A stretch of DNA of 64,000 nt from a virus. Shown one piece after another: positions 1 through 9,545 of the stretch; within the stretch, counting starts at the first letter, position 1, and every line of letters starts with the position of its first letter. A program made the translations under genes and the position numbers. Below the pieces are notes generated by a model. That model had not been told where the DNA came from and ran no database searches. It saw nothing but the letters and a program-made list of their open reading frames with translations. The stretch lies in the IMG/VR virus record IMGVR_UViG_3300042502_001233, positions 19,125-83,124 of that record; one strand, 5' to 3'.

Positions 1-674
1 TCAACAGTTTGTTTTTGTTGTTTGATAAGTTTAACCTGACCAGACATCGTATCTAACGCGCTTTGTTCTTCACCCAACAACCTTTGTGCTTTTTCTAATT
101 CAACATCGTCACCCAACCCTTGAACCAAATGGTTTTTAACGTTGTCCATCTTTCTTGGGATGATTGTGTAAAGCTTCAACAACTCGTTGTTAACGTCTTT
201 AAGGTCACCACCAACTTTCAACATAGCAGTTACTCTTGATAACACTTCTTGAGCCGATTCCACTTGTTGTTCAGAAACTGCATCTTGTGTTACTTTGTAG
301 TTTTTCTGGATAGACTTATTCGCGTATGCCATAAGGTCTTGGACCAATTTCTTAACCATTGCGTCTTTGATTGCTTCAACGGTATTGTTTTTTGATGCAC
401 CGTTTGAATCATCAACAACTGGTTCAGCTAACAATTCAGTTACGTCAGTGTAACCTTTGGTTGATGACGTTTTTTCGCGTAAGATTTTATCCCACTCGTT
501 TTTACTTTTAAACACAGTAGCCATGTTTTTACCCACTCTACCATACTCACATTTTATTCTACCATCTGAAAGTTCTTCCATGATGTAGACTTTGTTGCTA
601 TTGTCTGTTTTACCATTGTCTACCGACACGTGAATCAGTTTAGCATATCTTAACCCGTTTTCTTTTGTAACCAT
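1..674 (-). CDS. WGR-domain-like protein (5' part; ORF runs off the left edge)
   Basis: Minus-strand ORF with ATG at 672-674 and no stop before position 1; absent from the ORF track because it is incomplete. The motif EYGRVGKNMATVFKSKNEWDKILREKTSSTKGY resembles a WGR domain. Confidence 0.4.
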   Translation of the reverse strand, partial: MVTKENGLRYAKLIHVSVDNGKTDNSNKVYIMEELSDGRIKCEYGRVGKNMATVFKSKNEWDKILREKTSSTKGYTDVTELLAEPVVDDSNGASKNNTVEAIKDAMVKKLVQDLMAYANKSIQKNYKVTQDAVSEQQVESAQEVLSRVTAMLKVGGDLKDVNNELLKLYTIIPRKMDNVKNHLVQGLGDDVELEKAQRLLGEEQSALDTMSGQVKLIKQQKQTV

Positions 675-728
675 GTTAAATAATTTTTGACAAATATACC
701 ATTATAATTTTAAACCACCAAATATTTT

Positions 729-1004
729 TTAAAAACCTTTAAAATCATCTGGAAGTCTTTGACAAATGTTGTTTTTCCACCATTCGCTAAATATTATCTT
801 GTTAAAATAATATCTCCATAAATGTGTAGCCCATAAAAACACGCATTCAGCTATTAACTCAAGACGAAATAAATCTTCCAAATCATCAAAAAATTCTGGG
901 TCATTATCAACCATAAAACTCATTTGCAGACCATACATGATTCCTCCGATTAAAATATACGTTAATAGTAAAATCATAATAATACTTACCATAGTTATTT
1001 CCAT
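729..1004 (-). CDS. small hydrophobic membrane protein
   Basis: 91-aa ORF with two predicted TM segments. Confidence 0.3.
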   Translation of the reverse strand: MEITMVSIIMILLLTYILIGGIMYGLQMSFMVDNDPEFFDDLEDLFRLELIAECVFLWATHLWRYYFNKIIFSEWWKNNICQRLPDDFKGF

Positions 1005-1201
1005 TTTTTAGTTACATCGTCAAATTTTGACTCATTATTTGTCACATAATCCAAAAACAATTTTTGCATTGCTGGTGGAACTGGATATCCGTTGACATAA
1101 ACAACGTCCATCACTATTTCGACTTCTTGACCAGCTGGAAGTGGCATATCTTTTGCCACTTCAACACCCTCTTTAAGTCTGTAAACTTTATTCTGTATCA
1201 T
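995..1201 (-). CDS. hypothetical protein
   Basis: 68-aa ORF co-oriented with neighbours. Confidence 0.3.
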   Translation of the reverse strand: MIQNKVYRLKEGVEVAKDMPLPAGQEVEIVMDVVYVNGYPVPPAMQKLFLDYVTNNESKFDDVTKKWK

Positions 1202-1320
1202 TTGAATTCATTCGTTTTTTATTATTAATATACGTTATTTTCTAAAAAAAATAAATAGTTTTCGCTAAAAAACTTTAATTATTTTTAACTACTAACTCTT
1301 TCTTTATCAAATATTTAAGG

Positions 1321-2397
1321 TTATGACAACCCAACTTTTTCGTTTAATCTTTGGGAGAAAAACTTTTTAGAAATTTCAGAAACATATTTACCAATATCCT
1401 TTATTTCTAACCCTTCATCGCTAATAGTTTGAAGCTCTTCTTTTACTATGTCATTCATAACTGATTTTATATATTTACCAGTATCTTTAACATCGAAAGT
1501 ACCACCATTTAACGTGTCAAATGTTTCATTAAGCATTTGTTCAAGTCTCCAAGCTGGGGTGATTTTTTCAGCTAAGTCTATGCATTTTTGTACCCTCGCA
1601 TCATCAACTGGTTTGAGTGTTTTAACTTTTGAAACACCAGCGTGTTTCTCACCTTTAGATTTGAAAAAGATTCTAACACCATTTTCATCTAAATTTGAAA
1701 AAACAATCCCTTCACCTACAGTATTTGGAAAACCAAAGTGTTTAGCCACTGGACATTCGTCTTCAACACTTAAAGTCATTTCAATCATTTTGTTTTGACT
1801 AAGTTCAGGTCTATTAAAATCAATTTCAATTTCATATGTTTGAAAATCTAACATATTGTAAATTCTTTTTTCGTTATCCCTGAAACCTGAATAATCGACC
1901 CAATAAGCTGGGTTGTTTTTTAATTCTTCTTCATTTTCTACGATAGGTGAAATCTTTATACCATAGATAAACACCGATTTTTCAATATTGGTAATACCAA
2001 CACCTTTTTGAATATTAGAACCAGCCCACTCTGAATAAACACCAATTGTGTTATTATCCAAATCGATACCGTATTTATCAGCTATTTCGTTGATGATTCT
2101 CAACCAAGATTCTTTTGTTGATTCTGCAAAAAAAGCAAAACCAGCATTGTCGGATTGAGGGGTGATGATATTACCTCTACTCTGACACCACATACCTGAT
2201 TTGTTATTAAACAAAACACCAGCTGAAGTACCGTGTAGTTTAACAGTACCAATAAATTTAATAATTGGTTTTGGTTTAGATGGGTCGTAAATAGGCTCAC
2301 CATTTTCATCTAAACCACAGAAGTTATGTTTTCTGTTTACATCACTAACAACCTCTCTAAATTGAGGGGTTGATGGGTATTTTACCATTTTTTTCAT
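1321..2397 (-). CDS. RNA ligase 2 (Rnl2 family, T4 RnlB-like)
   Basis: Nucleotidyltransferase motif I KLHGTS matches the Rnl2 KIHGTN adenylylation lysine motif; length 358 aa. Confidence 0.85.
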   Translation of the reverse strand: MKKMVKYPSTPQFREVVSDVNRKHNFCGLDENGEPIYDPSKPKPIIKFIGTVKLHGTSAGVLFNNKSGMWCQSRGNIITPQSDNAGFAFFAESTKESWLRIINEIADKYGIDLDNNTIGVYSEWAGSNIQKGVGITNIEKSVFIYGIKISPIVENEEELKNNPAYWVDYSGFRDNEKRIYNMLDFQTYEIEIDFNRPELSQNKMIEMTLSVEDECPVAKHFGFPNTVGEGIVFSNLDENGVRIFFKSKGEKHAGVSKVKTLKPVDDARVQKCIDLAEKITPAWRLEQMLNETFDTLNGGTFDVKDTGKYIKSVMNDIVKEELQTISDEGLEIKDIGKYVSEISKKFFSQRLNEKVGLS

Positions 2398-2477
2398 AGT
2401 ATAATTTTTTTAGTAGAAAAAATGGGTGTTATCACACACCCATTTTTGTTTTTAATTTTATTGTTATTGTTTTGAAG

Positions 2478-2517
2478 TACAAATATACTACTTTATTTTG
2501 TAACCTCCAAATTTTTT
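2478..2517 (-). promoter_or_regulatory. Bacteroidetes-type promoter (TTTG-N20-TAtaTTTG read on minus strand) upstream of rnl2
   Basis: Plus-strand gtacaaatatactac...ccaaattt; reverse complement gives TTTGgagg...TAGTATATTTG. Confidence 0.5.
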
Positions 2518-2529
2518 ATTGTTTTTTGA

Positions 2530-3933
2530 TTAATCTACCAATAAGGTTTTAATCATGTTTTCAATTTCTTTTATAGACTCCAAGGAATCACACGTGTCTT
2601 TGTCGTCTCTAAACCCAGCAAAAGAAGGGTATAACAATGAGTAATTACCATCAACATCGTTTGATAACCCGTTACATTTACATTGGATTACAGTACCCAA
2701 CAAATTCTCTTGGTTTTCTGTGATATAAGCCATCATATCTTCTTTAAGACCTTGTGGTCTTGTTTTAACCAACCCATCAGAAGACTCGCAGTTAAAGCTA
2801 GAGATTACATTCTCATTCTTTGTTCCTTTGGTTCCGTAGTTGAACCCTACAATACGTAAATCAACATCCATTTCCAATTTCATTTTGATTTGCCACGTTG
2901 GTTTTCCGTCTTTCCACTCACCATTCCATGCTTTAAGGATTGTACCTTCTTCACCAGCAGCCAATACTTCTTGGAAGTGGGTCATAGCTTGTGCATAATT
3001 GTGAACAATAAGACTTTCAACGATGTTTACATGTGTTGGACCAACTCTTTCGATAGCTCTTTCCAAATATGCTAAACGTTCAGCGTATTTAAGTTTTGAT
3101 GATTTGTTGAAGTATTCATCTACTGTAAGACGGTCCCATACGGTATAACGAATTTTGTCTAGAGCTTCTTCCATCGAACCATGTTTGTCAGTGAATGCTT
3201 TTAATTTTTTCTCATTTTCTTTGTCACTTCTAGAATCTTTTTTACCCAAGATGTCGATAAGTGACGCGATGATACCGTTAGACTCGTATCTAGGGGTATC
3301 AACCATAGTTAACTCTCCGTTAAGAACACAATCTTCAAATGAAGTTAATTCATCTAAGAATTTAGCGCCAGTTAAGATTGTTGGTTCACCTTGACGTGAT
3401 TCCATTTCAACTTCACCACTACGAATAACAGCGTTGCAGTAACGACCATCCATTTTTATTTGTGATATTCCTTTACCACCTTTTTCGAAAATTTTACGAG
3501 CTTTCTTCTCGTCGAAAGATACAGCACCCATATAAGGTGTGTCTTCAATAAGGTCTTTGAATACTTTATTCATAAAAGTAGTTCCCATACCAATCTTACA
3601 GTCTTTCTCAATGATACGTTCAATGATGTAAGCATCTTCTGGTTGTAAATTAGACAAAACATTTACTAATAAAGTTAACGCTTCATTACCCGAAACTTCT
3701 CTATTTGATATACTTTCTAATATATTTAAACCCCAATTCAAATCTCTTGATGGTTCAAATATTTGTCTTGTGTATTCAGGAATTCTTTTAATATAGAATT
3801 TAACTCGTTTAGAGTTTGCCATGTATAGCACTTTCTTTAGTAACTCGTTATCCGAGTACTTTCTAAGGATATCAACCTTAGCGTTGTTACCGCTCTCAGC
3901 AGCAATCTCATCAAAAATTTGTTTGATTGTCAT
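2530..3933 (-). CDS. ATP-dependent DNA ligase
   Basis: Motif I KMDGRYC (KxDGxR), 467 aa, T4/T7 ligase-like layout. Confidence 0.9.
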   Translation of the reverse strand: MTIKQIFDEIAAESGNNAKVDILRKYSDNELLKKVLYMANSKRVKFYIKRIPEYTRQIFEPSRDLNWGLNILESISNREVSGNEALTLLVNVLSNLQPEDAYIIERIIEKDCKIGMGTTFMNKVFKDLIEDTPYMGAVSFDEKKARKIFEKGGKGISQIKMDGRYCNAVIRSGEVEMESRQGEPTILTGAKFLDELTSFEDCVLNGELTMVDTPRYESNGIIASLIDILGKKDSRSDKENEKKLKAFTDKHGSMEEALDKIRYTVWDRLTVDEYFNKSSKLKYAERLAYLERAIERVGPTHVNIVESLIVHNYAQAMTHFQEVLAAGEEGTILKAWNGEWKDGKPTWQIKMKLEMDVDLRIVGFNYGTKGTKNENVISSFNCESSDGLVKTRPQGLKEDMMAYITENQENLLGTVIQCKCNGLSNDVDGNYSLLYPSFAGFRDDKDTCDSLESIKEIENMIKTLLVD

Positions 3934-3934
3934 A

Positions 3935-4252
3935 TTAATTATTTAATATTATTGAGTCACCTACTTTTTTGTTAAGGTATAACTCATGAGTTATTGTATA
4001 AACGTCTTCACCTTTTTTGGTTTTAATAACCATTTTGTCGTTGGGTAATTTTTTGGTCACTAGACCTTTAGTAGGTGGTGTTGGTTCTGCGATAGCGATA
4101 GCTATAAAGTATATACCAACACCTATCGCTATTAACGCAATTGTAATCATTAAACACCCAATACCAGATTTTTTGTTGTTAGAACTACCAGCAGCTTCAA
4201 TACCAATTTCAGCTACCCCTGCTATTAACTCACCAATTATTTCGCCAGCCAT
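3935..4252 (-). CDS. membrane protein
   Basis: 105 aa with central TM helix IALIAIGVGIYFIAIAIA. Confidence 0.4.
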   Translation of the reverse strand: MAGEIIGELIAGVAEIGIEAAGSSNNKKSGIGCLMITIALIAIGVGIYFIAIAIAEPTPPTKGLVTKKLPNDKMVIKTKKGEDVYTITHELYLNKKVGDSIILNN

Positions 4253-4270
4253 AATGTTTTTGTTTTAGAG

Positions 4271-4312
4271 TACAAATATACTACTTATTTTTAATCCTCC
4301 AAACTTTTTCCC
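4271..4312 (-). promoter_or_regulatory. Bacteroidetes-type promoter (class 1)
   Basis: tacaaatatactac ... cctccaaactttt, a near-duplicate of the rnl2 promoter, about 20 nt upstream of the ATG at 4252. Confidence 0.5.
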
Positions 4313-4536
4313 AATAATTTTTCCAAATGTTCCCACATTGGTTTGGCAGCGATTGGTGTGTTAAGGTACAAAGCACCTTTGAACTCCGCGTATTCCTTGG
4401 CATACATGTCAATTTTACCACCGTGTTCGATGTTCGCAATTCTATCACCCAACTTAAGAATAATTGCATCTGGGTTGCTATGCACTTTGATAGCTACCAA
4501 CTTTGCTTCTTCGTAAGTTTTATCTGTGTAAGTCAT
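4291..4536 (-). CDS. hypothetical protein
   Basis: 81-aa ORF. Confidence 0.4.
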   Translation of the reverse strand: MTYTDKTYEEAKLVAIKVHSNPDAIILKLGDRIANIEHGGKIDMYAKEYAEFKGALYLNTPIAAKPMWEHLEKLLGKSLED

Positions 4537-4913
4537 TATTCTTTCTCCTTTTCTTTTACGTGGTCATCACATAGTGTGTATAACCAACCTTTTATTTTTC
4601 TGTTTGTACCTTTTTCACCACATTTCTCACACGTTTCGTAAGATAGTTTTTCGTATTTTATGATAACATCAGCAGCACCTTCTGGATACGTTTCGATATA
4701 GAATCTTAACCCACCAAATTTTTCTTTAACTTGAACAGGTCTTTTATCCCACCCCAATGCGATTAATTCAGTTATTAGGTCTTTGATAATAGGATACCAA
4801 CCTTCACCAACACCAAAAGCATATGCATCAACGATTGGTCCTTTATCTTCTCGATATGTTCTTTCTAACCCACCTATGGAAACTAGAAATTCATCCATTT
4901 CTTTTTTGGTCAT
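4536..4913 (-). CDS. zinc-ribbon protein
   Basis: CEKCGEKG...LCDDH Cys cluster. Confidence 0.4.
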   Translation of the reverse strand: MTKKEMDEFLVSIGGLERTYREDKGPIVDAYAFGVGEGWYPIIKDLITELIALGWDKRPVQVKEKFGGLRFYIETYPEGAADVIIKYEKLSYETCEKCGEKGTNRKIKGWLYTLCDDHVKEKEKE

Positions 4914-5098
4914 TATCTTCGAATTAAAACGTATTTATAATCTTTTTTTTCTACTGGTTCTGGATAATCAATCTCAACACATGGGTTGTATCTTACTGGT
5001 GAGTTAGGGTTATAAAAACAAACTGGTAAACCAGTATTCCATCTCATTTCTTGACCGTATTTGTTAATTACCCTGCCGTATCTATCTAGTTTGTGCAT
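4913..5098 (-). CDS. small protein, paralog of 5100..5450 (shared C-terminus DYKYVLIRR)
   Basis: C-terminal YKY(V/L)LIRR and RYG motif shared with the adjacent ORF. Confidence 0.35.
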   Translation of the reverse strand: MHKLDRYGRVINKYGQEMRWNTGLPVCFYNPNSPVRYNPCVEIDYPEPVEKKDYKYVLIRR

Positions 5099-5099
5099 A

Positions 5100-5450
5100 T
5101 TATCTTCGTATTAAAAGGTATTTATATTCATTTTTTGTTTCTCTTTTTTGGTTCAATTTACCATTAGTTTCGTGTTCCCAACCGTAGCGTTCAAAATTAT
5201 GTGGTGCATATTGTCCATTGCATTTTCTCCAAATTTCTTCTGTTGTCGATGTTAAACTAAATTTATTTAAAGAATTAATATCGCTAATTGTGGATAAACT
5301 ACCATCATCTCTTTTATTGATATAAACTTTCCAACGACCACCATCACGATAATAATAATACTGTCTACCATCATGCATTAACCTTAATGCAGTGCTATTA
5401 TCCATCAGCACAAACTGTGGGTATAAGGGTGTTATTTTTGCCATTACCAA
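5100..5450 (-). CDS. hypothetical protein, tandem paralog (C-terminus EYKYLLIRR)
   Basis: see 4913..5098. Confidence 0.35.
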   Translation of the reverse strand: MVMAKITPLYPQFVLMDNSTALRLMHDGRQYYYYRDGGRWKVYINKRDDGSLSTISDINSLNKFSLTSTTEEIWRKCNGQYAPHNFERYGWEHETNGKLNQKRETKNEYKYLLIRR

Positions 5451-5692
5451 CTAATTTTTAAATAACCACCATCTCTAAAATCCCCATCAACATACTTGGT
5501 TTTAAAACCACGTTTGTTTAACTCTTTGATTGTTAAATCATCTGGATAACATGAAACATCGCAAGAAAATTGATTTCTTTTTACTGACATTTCTATGGAT
5601 TCCAAACAAAGTTTTATTTGTTTTTCAACTTTTTCACCTAAAATTGTTTCTGCTGTTTTTCTAGCCCAATCGGCTGTAATGTTTTCTTTCAT
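5444..5692 (-). CDS. hypothetical protein
   Basis: 82 aa. Confidence 0.35.
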   Translation of the reverse strand: MKENITADWARKTAETILGEKVEKQIKLCLESIEMSVKRNQFSCDVSCYPDDLTIKELNKRGFKTKYVDGDFRDGGYLKISW

Positions 5693-5730
5693 ATATATTA
5701 TTTTAAAGGTTATGCTCTAACCCATAAGGA

Positions 5731-6681
5731 TTAGAGCATTTTGTATAACAATTTGTCATCGTAGTTAACTATGAAGTCTTCTACTGAATCAACTTTACCA
5801 TCAACCAACCCAAAATACAATCCAGTGAATTGTTTTAAGTCGTGTTTTCCACAAACTTCAAAGACAGCCGCAGCGTATCTTTTCTTTTCTTCTTTGGTTA
5901 TGTTTCTTGGTTTACGAGCGCTTAACTCACCCCACATTTCATTTAACTTTACAGTCAATTTGTCGTAGTTCTCTTTAAGTCTTAACAATTCGTCTTTTCT
6001 TTCTGGGAAAGTTGAGGCGAATTCTTCTATCTCGTTAGATTTAACGATAGTTATGATATTGTGTTCAGCAGTTTTACCTTTAAGGTGATGTGCGTGTACG
6101 TAAGCTGGGTTTTTTATCTTGATACGATTGAAATTAGCGTCTACAACAACGTAACCTTCTTCTGACCATGGCATACCCTCAAATGTACGTAACAACGCAC
6201 CCACATCTTTAGCGTTCAAGTCAAATCTTTTAACCAATGGTAATCTTAAAGATACGGATACCATTTCTAAGTCTTTCCAAGACAATTCCACTAAAGTCAC
6301 TCGGTTTCTAACAGTCAACAAAGTTGCTGATGATTCTCCGTGTGGTGCTACAACGATATTGTATGGAGTAGTTAACTCAAAAACGTATACGTGGTCTTTA
6401 TCCAACATACATGGGTTTAACGCGTATTGTTTTGTTACAGTATCCCAAAATAACGAGTTGAATGTTGTTCCCATTTTGTTGTTTACTTCACCTTCACCTT
6501 CGGCTGTACCAGTTGTACCAGCAAACCATTTATTAGCGTGCCAATCCCAATATACTTGGATTAATGAATTATGTACTAGAATACCATTAGCGAAAAAATT
6601 ATTAGTTATTTTGGTTTGAATGTCGTATCTTTTAGATTCACAAGTAATTGATTTGATACTTTTTATTTTAACTATTTTCAT
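5731..6681 (-). CDS. RNA ligase 1 (Rnl1 family) C-terminal part preceded by a split-intein C-segment (IntC, 38 aa)
   Basis: The N-terminus ...YDIQTKITNNFFANGILVHN|S is intein block F/G ending HN then Ser+1. The extein SLIQVYWD aligns with T4 Rnl1 SLVSTYLD after KEDG. Motif IV EGYVVVD and motif V RIKIKNP are present. Confidence 0.8.
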   Translation of the reverse strand: MKIVKIKSIKSITCESKRYDIQTKITNNFFANGILVHNSLIQVYWDWHANKWFAGTTGTAEGEGEVNNKMGTTFNSLFWDTVTKQYALNPCMLDKDHVYVFELTTPYNIVVAPHGESSATLLTVRNRVTLVELSWKDLEMVSVSLRLPLVKRFDLNAKDVGALLRTFEGMPWSEEGYVVVDANFNRIKIKNPAYVHAHHLKGKTAEHNIITIVKSNEIEEFASTFPERKDELLRLKENYDKLTVKLNEMWGELSARKPRNITKEEKKRYAAAVFEVCGKHDLKQFTGLYFGLVDGKVDSVEDFIVNYDDKLLYKML

Positions 6682-7595
6682 TTTAATAAATTTATTTGTT
6701 CAACAATAAATAACTCCAACTCAATATCATTAAGCGATGATATATCCATTTCCCATAATGTGATAACTTTGTATTGATTTTTATATGCAATATCTATTTT
6801 TTTTTCATCTTTCTTCCATATAGTTTCAGCTAAGACATGTTTTTTTGGGAATGGTAATATATCACCAATCTTATATTTTCTTGGGTTAGCGTGCCAAAAA
6901 TCACCATTTACTTCAATAAGAATATTAGTATTGTTAATATAGTAATCAAATACTTTACCTTTTAACGTAAATTGTGGTTCAAATTTAAGTCCGATATCAA
7001 TCAAAATCTTACCAACTCTTTTTTCCAAAATAGAAGAACCGCCACTACATAGTCTTTTTATTTGATTTAGTTTTTGTTCTTCGGTATATGAATACCAACC
7101 ACTAATTCTTTTTACACCATATTTTTTTAACATTAATTCATTAACATTATCTTTAAATTCATCAAGTTTAAAGATATTATCAACACCATAATTTTTGATA
7201 AAAGTTTTTTGTTTTTTTTCTTTTATTGATTCGTTGTTTGAGACATTATCAACACCAAAACGTTTAAAACAAGTTGTTTTATATTTATTTCTAACTGATT
7301 TTTGATTACTTATTTCTTTTGATGATTTCAACTTAATATTATTTAATTTTAATAGTGAAGTTAAACTTTTATTAGGTATTTTATATTCTTTAACCAAACT
7401 AAAAACAGAACCGTCATTAATATATTTTTTAATAATTTCACCTATTAACACATCAGTTAAACCAAACCTTGTTTTTAAAACAAACAATTCTAGTTCAGTT
7501 TCATTTTTAAATTCACTATTGTGACTATTTTTAACGTGTAATTTAAACATTTTACTATCAAATTCACACTCACATTTTATACATTTAATCTTCAT
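6678..7595 (-). CDS. freestanding homing endonuclease, Vsr-like/EDxHD-type catalytic domain with N-terminal Zn finger and NUMOD-like repeats
   Basis: C-terminal NILIEVNGDFWHANP...K resembles the Vsr FVDGCFWHGH core. It lies between the two halves of the Rnl1 gene. Confidence 0.75.
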   Translation of the reverse strand: MKIKCIKCECEFDSKMFKLHVKNSHNSEFKNETELELFVLKTRFGLTDVLIGEIIKKYINDGSVFSLVKEYKIPNKSLTSLLKLNNIKLKSSKEISNQKSVRNKYKTTCFKRFGVDNVSNNESIKEKKQKTFIKNYGVDNIFKLDEFKDNVNELMLKKYGVKRISGWYSYTEEQKLNQIKRLCSGGSSILEKRVGKILIDIGLKFEPQFTLKGKVFDYYINNTNILIEVNGDFWHANPRKYKIGDILPFPKKHVLAETIWKKDEKKIDIAYKNQYKVITLWEMDISSLNDIELELFIVEQINLLK

Positions 7596-7605
7596 AACTT
7601 TTTTT

Positions 7606-7619
7606 TATTATAAATATCT
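7606..7619 (-). promoter_or_regulatory. class-2 motif (minus strand GATATTTATAATAA) immediately upstream of the endonuclease ATG
   Basis: Plus-strand ttattataaatatc; the same motif is found before most endonuclease genes. Confidence 0.35.
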
Positions 7620-7652
7620 AGAAATATTAGAAAAGTTAGATTAGTATCAAAT

Positions 7653-8255
7653 TTATTTAGTAATTAATAAAAATTCATCTTCTTCTGTTAATTCGCTGAC
7701 CATTCTATAACAATTTAGTTTAGGTAACCAAACTTTATGATTTCCAGTTAATTTAACGGTAGTCCCATCTTCTAATTCAATTTCAAACCAATCGTTAATA
7801 TTCTTCTTAACTGAATAATCAATAATCTCGTCATACATTGGTTCATTACTTTCTAAATCTAATGATAAAACTTTACCAGAATACTTAGTTTCACATATCT
7901 CACGAATCGTCATTTCACCATCTTCAGTTATAAGAACAGTGTCCTCATGACAGCAACCATCAAGTTTCTCTAACACATTGGCTGTGTTCCAATCTATTTT
8001 AGCAGCGTTTCCTTCTTCAGCGTTGAAGAATTTACGGAACGCCAACGACATAACTTTCCACGTACCTTTTTCAAGAATAAGACCACGACAATCTTGCATC
8101 TCTGGCAACCCCATAAGAGTTGGTGACGATAATTGGTCATATTTCAAAAGAATCTTGTTATCGTATTCTCTTGATTTAAGTTTAAAGTCATTTATAGCTT
8201 TATCTAGTCCATATTTTTTTATATATGTAACGATAGCTAATTCATTATTTTTCAT
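7653..8255 (-). CDS. RNA ligase 1 N-terminal part (motif I KLDG) fused to a split-intein N-segment (IntN, about 99 aa)
   Basis: LPEMQDCRGLILE...FRKFFNAEEGN...LEKLDG aligns to T4 Rnl1 LPDALECRGIMFE...MEKFFNLNENP...LTKEDG. It is followed directly by CCHEDTVLITEDGEMTIREI, which is intein block A. Confidence 0.8.
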   Translation of the reverse strand: MKNNELAIVTYIKKYGLDKAINDFKLKSREYDNKILLKYDQLSSPTLMGLPEMQDCRGLILEKGTWKVMSLAFRKFFNAEEGNAAKIDWNTANVLEKLDGCCHEDTVLITEDGEMTIREICETKYSGKVLSLDLESNEPMYDEIIDYSVKKNINDWFEIELEDGTTVKLTGNHKVWLPKLNCYRMVSELTEEDEFLLITK

Positions 8256-8273
8256 TTTTTTTTTATTTTTAAA

Positions 8274-9119
8274 TTAAAAAATATACCTGATAGTTTCTAA
8301 AGGAAAATACTTAGAATATAAATCTTTAAACTCTAATATTAAACCATGTTTGAAACGTCTTTCATATCTGATGTTATCAGCAGCATACTGAGAATCTTTA
8401 GCTTCTTGTAACTCAGGAATACTAAGTAGATTATTTACTTCTAAAGTATTTCTTTTAAGTTGAATATTATTGTAAGTTAAAAAGATACATTCTGATTTAA
8501 ACTCAATACCTTTCAACATTTCAAACAACTCTTTATAATCATCTAACCAATTTGGATAATATACAATAGGACTAAAGTTAATATGAACTTCCATTTTTTC
8601 TTGAAGAATAGGAATCATTGCAATTCTATCAGCGATACTATCCGTTTTAGGTTCTAAAACATCTGATATTTTTTGAGGTATTAAACTAATTCTTATTCTA
8701 TGCTTATTTGCAGCTAAATTATAGTCTTGTATATTAAACTTTGTTGGGTATTTGGTTGCAAAAGTAGTTTTTACTTTGTCATGTGTGTTGAAAAAATCAA
8801 ATACTTGTTGCCACTCATAGTGTTTACCATGTAAAGGCACATCAGTACTACACCCTATATCTATACAATAGTAAGTGTCATCAACTTGATTTGACACTTT
8901 AGGCCATGGCTTGGATTCAACCCATTTATTAACGGAAGCTAAGATTTGCTCTGTGTTTTCGTTGATATAAACCTTGTCAGCATTATATCTACCTACATAA
9001 CAATATGACTTCATACACCCACCAAGACAACCATATATAAAATTAGGTGAAATAGCGTCACTACTTCTATCATTATCTCTGGTTATTAAGGTTTTAGTTT
9101 TTTGTTTCTTAATTTCCAT
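8274..9119 (-). CDS. hypothetical protein with Cys cluster (CLGGCMKSYC)
   Basis: 281 aa; no confident family assignment. Confidence 0.4.
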   Translation of the reverse strand: MEIKKQKTKTLITRDNDRSSDAISPNFIYGCLGGCMKSYCYVGRYNADKVYINENTEQILASVNKWVESKPWPKVSNQVDDTYYCIDIGCSTDVPLHGKHYEWQQVFDFFNTHDKVKTTFATKYPTKFNIQDYNLAANKHRIRISLIPQKISDVLEPKTDSIADRIAMIPILQEKMEVHINFSPIVYYPNWLDDYKELFEMLKGIEFKSECIFLTYNNIQLKRNTLEVNNLLSIPELQEAKDSQYAADNIRYERRFKHGLILEFKDLYSKYFPLETIRYIF

Positions 9120-9138
9120 TTTAAATATTAAAGTTTAA

Positions 9139-9498
9139 TTATTGTTCGTCGTCTTCTTCGTTATCATCGTTATCATCGAAGCCATCTTCTCTCATGTCTT
9201 CAATTGCTCTGATGATATCATCATAAGTTCCGCTGTCTGCTCTCTGTTTCATATCCCTAAGGAAAGATGAATCCGATTCATCCAAATTATCAAATAATTT
9301 TTTAGCAGAGAACATGGAAACTAGTTCGCTAAATTTGTTTACGTCATTTTCATCGAAAGCTAAACCCCCTAAGAAAATTAACATTGTTCCTAATTGTGAT
9401 ATGGTTACATCACCAGTTTCAGAACCTTCGTGCATCAGAGCTTGACCCATTTTCATGAATTTAGTCGTCAGCTCTAATCGTCTTTCTACGTTTGCCAT
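9139..9498 (-). CDS. small protein with poly-acidic C-terminal tail
   Basis: C-terminus DGFDDNDDNEEDDEQ. Confidence 0.4.
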   Translation of the reverse strand: MANVERRLELTTKFMKMGQALMHEGSETGDVTISQLGTMLIFLGGLAFDENDVNKFSELVSMFSAKKLFDNLDESDSSFLRDMKQRADSGTYDDIIRAIEDMREDGFDDNDDNEEDDEQ

Positions 9499-9510
9499 AA
9501 TTTTGTGTTT

Positions 9511-9528
9511 TTTACAAAGATACTATTT
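9511..9528 (-). promoter_or_regulatory. class-1 -7 box (tacaaagatact on plus = TAGTATCTTTG on minus)
   Basis: 15 nt upstream of the ATG at 9498. Confidence 0.45.
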
Positions 9529-9545
9529 TAAACAATACCAAGCAA

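Noticed and set aside
1448-1798. Plus-strand ORFs in the track that lie antisense inside long minus-strand genes (e.g. 1448..1798, 2890..3075, 3155..3394, 4017..4268, 12603..13156, 20086..20310, 26372..27013, 31546..32061, 34338..34841, 46518..47042, 52472..52951, 60044..60388, 61137..62326)
   Set aside because: They overlap well-supported, domain-containing minus-strand genes, have low-complexity or Ser/Leu-rich translations, and no motif-1 or motif-2 promoter on the plus strand. I treat them as spurious.
7606-7619. T4 late-promoter TATAAATA explanation for the class-2 motif
   Set aside because: TATAAATA appears on the plus strand, but the genes it precedes are on the minus strand (where it reads TATTTATA). 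The promoter grammar here is Bacteroidetes-like, not T4/proteobacterial. Kept as a separate, unexplained motif class.
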